Origin: Macrostomum lignano
Taxonomy: Eukaryota
Assembly: GCA_002269645.1 (NCBI GenBank)
Contig: NIVC01001149.1
Location: forward strand, 186,001-250,000
Reading direction: 5' to 3'
DNA: 64,000 bases
Positions 61,975 to 64,000 of the stretch are shown here, one piece after another (within the stretch, counting starts at the first letter, position 1; every line of letters begins with the position of its first letter). The position numbers and the translations under genes are program-made. The notes under the pieces were generated by a model. The model was not told where the DNA came from. It made no database searches and was given only the letters and a program-made list of their open reading frames with translations.

Positions 61975-62560
61975 TTCACCCCCAGGACTCTTCATTGTGT
62001 CCCCAGGACTCTTCATTGTGTCCCCAGGACTCTTCATTGTGTCCCCAGGACTCTTCATTGTGTCCCCAGGACTCTTCATTGTGTCCCCAGGACTCTTCAT
62101 TGTGTCCCCAGGACTCTTCATTGTGTCCCCAGGACTCTTCATTGTGTCCCCAGGACTCTTCATTGTGTCCCCAGGGCTCTTCATTGTGTCCCCAGGGCTC
62201 TTCATTGTGTCCCCAGGACTCTTCATTGTGTCAGAGCTCTTTGTTTTCCCTCAGCCTTCCTCTTGGTTTCCCAGAGCTTTTCATTGTGCCCCCAAGACTC
62301 CTCAATTGGGCCTCAGAGCTGCTCAACGGTGTCTCAGAGCACATCAATGGTGTCTCAGAGCTCCTCATGGTGTTTCAAAGCTCCTCATGGTGTGTCAAAG
62401 CTCTTCCTGGTGTCTCAGAGCTCCTCAGTGGTGTCTCAGGGCTCCTCAGTGGAGGCTCAGGGCTCCTCAGTGGAGTCTCAGGGCTCCTCGGTGGTGTCTC
62501 AGAGCTCCTCAATGGTGTCTCTGAGCTCCTCAGTGGAGTCTCAGGGCTCCCAAATGGCGC
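61975..62560. repeat. Two adjacent 21-bp minisatellites (ccccaggactcttcattgtgt; ggtgtctcagagctcctcagt)
   Basis: Arrays at 61975-62230 and 62320-62560. Confidence 0.9.
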
Positions 62561-63815
62561 TTTAGAGCTTCACATGGCGTTTCAAAAATGTGGTAAAGTG
62601 GTTCCCACCACTTCGAGGAGCGGAATATCGTTTTAGAAAGAACCAAGCATGGCTCAAAAATACAGCTTGAGTTAAATGGTGGTTCAAAATTAAGACACAA
62701 GAATCGAGCTAACGTTCAGCATGGACAACTAAAGCCACGAATTTACTTTAGTAGTCCTTGACGTTTCAAGGGTAAACAAATGTTTAGTTTCAGAATAAGT
62801 CAAGACGTACGACTCGCAATGGTTAGAATAACACAGCCATTTTGTGTTTGTAACACTTATCTCATTGAATGCTTTCCATGTACCAATCCCAAAGCAAGGG
62901 AAGGTACAGTTTTGTTGAGGTTAAATCCAGATTTTAGAATATATTATTTTTGTTAGGTAAATTTGTACTTCAAAGATACGTTTTTAACAACAGGGGCAGC
63001 TAGTGAAAACTGAAGTTTTAGAAAGAGCAATAGAACAGCATAGGTATATAAGGGCTAAAATTGAGTTCTATTGGACGGTAATTCAGAGCCGGCAGTCAAA
63101 GTTAAATAAAACGACAACATCAAGGCCTAGCATAGTAACATGACCTGTAGCCCGTACAATAGCGTAGCACATAATGTGTTACCTGTACTCTACACAGCGA
63201 GGGTGCTCACAGCCGACATAAAAACAGCTTTAGCTGGGATGCCACAAAAACTATGAAGAACAAAGAAAGCAGAAGAAAATCGAGAGAAACATGGTTGATA
63301 AACAATTATGAATAAGTTGATATTAAACATACAACACGATTTTGGTAGGAAAGCAGGACCAGTTGTGGAATGATTGGCAGGCAGTCAGAGAAATAAGGAG
63401 AATATAGTACGTTATAATAGCCATCATGGAATGCTGCATTATGACCTTTTTAGTAGTTTCTACAGATATATATTCACGTTAACAGTTGCTGTCGCTCCAC
63501 TGATAGAATAAAAAAGGTTCGTGACCAACTTGCCGATTTGTATACTTATTCGAATATCGCTTGGATAGAAACAGATATGAAATTGGTAAGAATTTGCTAT
63601 ATTTGACCGATGATTTTATATGCGTCTACAAAAACAAGAAAGTGGGGCTTAAAAAACGGCATTTAACAGAAAATCAAAAGTAAAACTCTCGAGTCAGCAA
63701 TCATTGACAAAGTATTATTAAAAAGCTTTTCAGCCACATGCCCTGTTTTGTTAAAGTGACTGACTGCGGCTCGTGAGTACAGCATCATCATCCGTTCTAA
63801 ATGGACAACCCGACG

Positions 63816-64000
63816 TCACTTCTTTCGCTTGTTGACCGAGTTCATCACCCACTCCAGGCCCTGCTGAATGCCTTCGCCTTTGAGCGCTGAGCAGCCCTGG
63901 ATCTGCCAGGGCCGGTCGCGGATGGACACCAAGTTGAGGCCCTTGGAGATCTCGTCCGCCCTGCTGGCGCCCATGAGGTCCTGCTTGTTGGCAAAGATCA
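63816..64000 (-). CDS. ARL3: C-terminal exon of an ARF-like small GTPase, most similar to ARL3 (partial, runs off the window)
   Basis: [60 protein letters not shown] contains the G4 (NKQD) and G5 (CSA) motifs and an ARL3-type tail. Confidence 0.8.
   Translation of the reverse strand, partial: IFANKQDLMGASRADEISKGLNLVSIRDRPWQIQGCSALKGEGIQQGLEWVMNSVNKRKK

Overview
Eukaryotic, intron-containing metazoan DNA with GC-rich exons, AT-rich spacers and many private minisatellites. The style resembles a flatworm such as Macrostomum, but that is inference only. All gene models were spliced by hand from GT..AG sites and phase checks. Housekeeping genes: ISWI/SMARCA5-type remodeller (-, 5338-15934, start exon not found), a ZNF280/POGZ-like C2H2 protein (+, 26122-30723), thymidine phosphorylase (+, 35286-38674) and the last exon of an ARL3-like GTPase (-, 63816-64000). 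Mobile DNA: a nearly intact piggyBac transposase with two lesions, two decayed LINEs, two tRNA-derived SINE families and several MITE/foldback elements. The most interesting part is a cluster of secreted fibrinogen-related-domain (FReD) genes at 42.7-60.9 kb. Three tandem paralogues carry an N-terminal region I cannot assign to a known family, made of two exon-delimited copies of a ~130-aa Cys-containing domain, and they show patchwork near-identity. A divergently oriented PAN/apple-like + FReD gene has two duplicated, splice-compatible terminal exons that differ mainly in the predicted ligand-binding segment. Together this looks like a diversifying recognition or innate-immune locus. No CRISPR, rRNA or genuine tRNA genes were seen, and the very long ORFs in the track are tandem-repeat artefacts.
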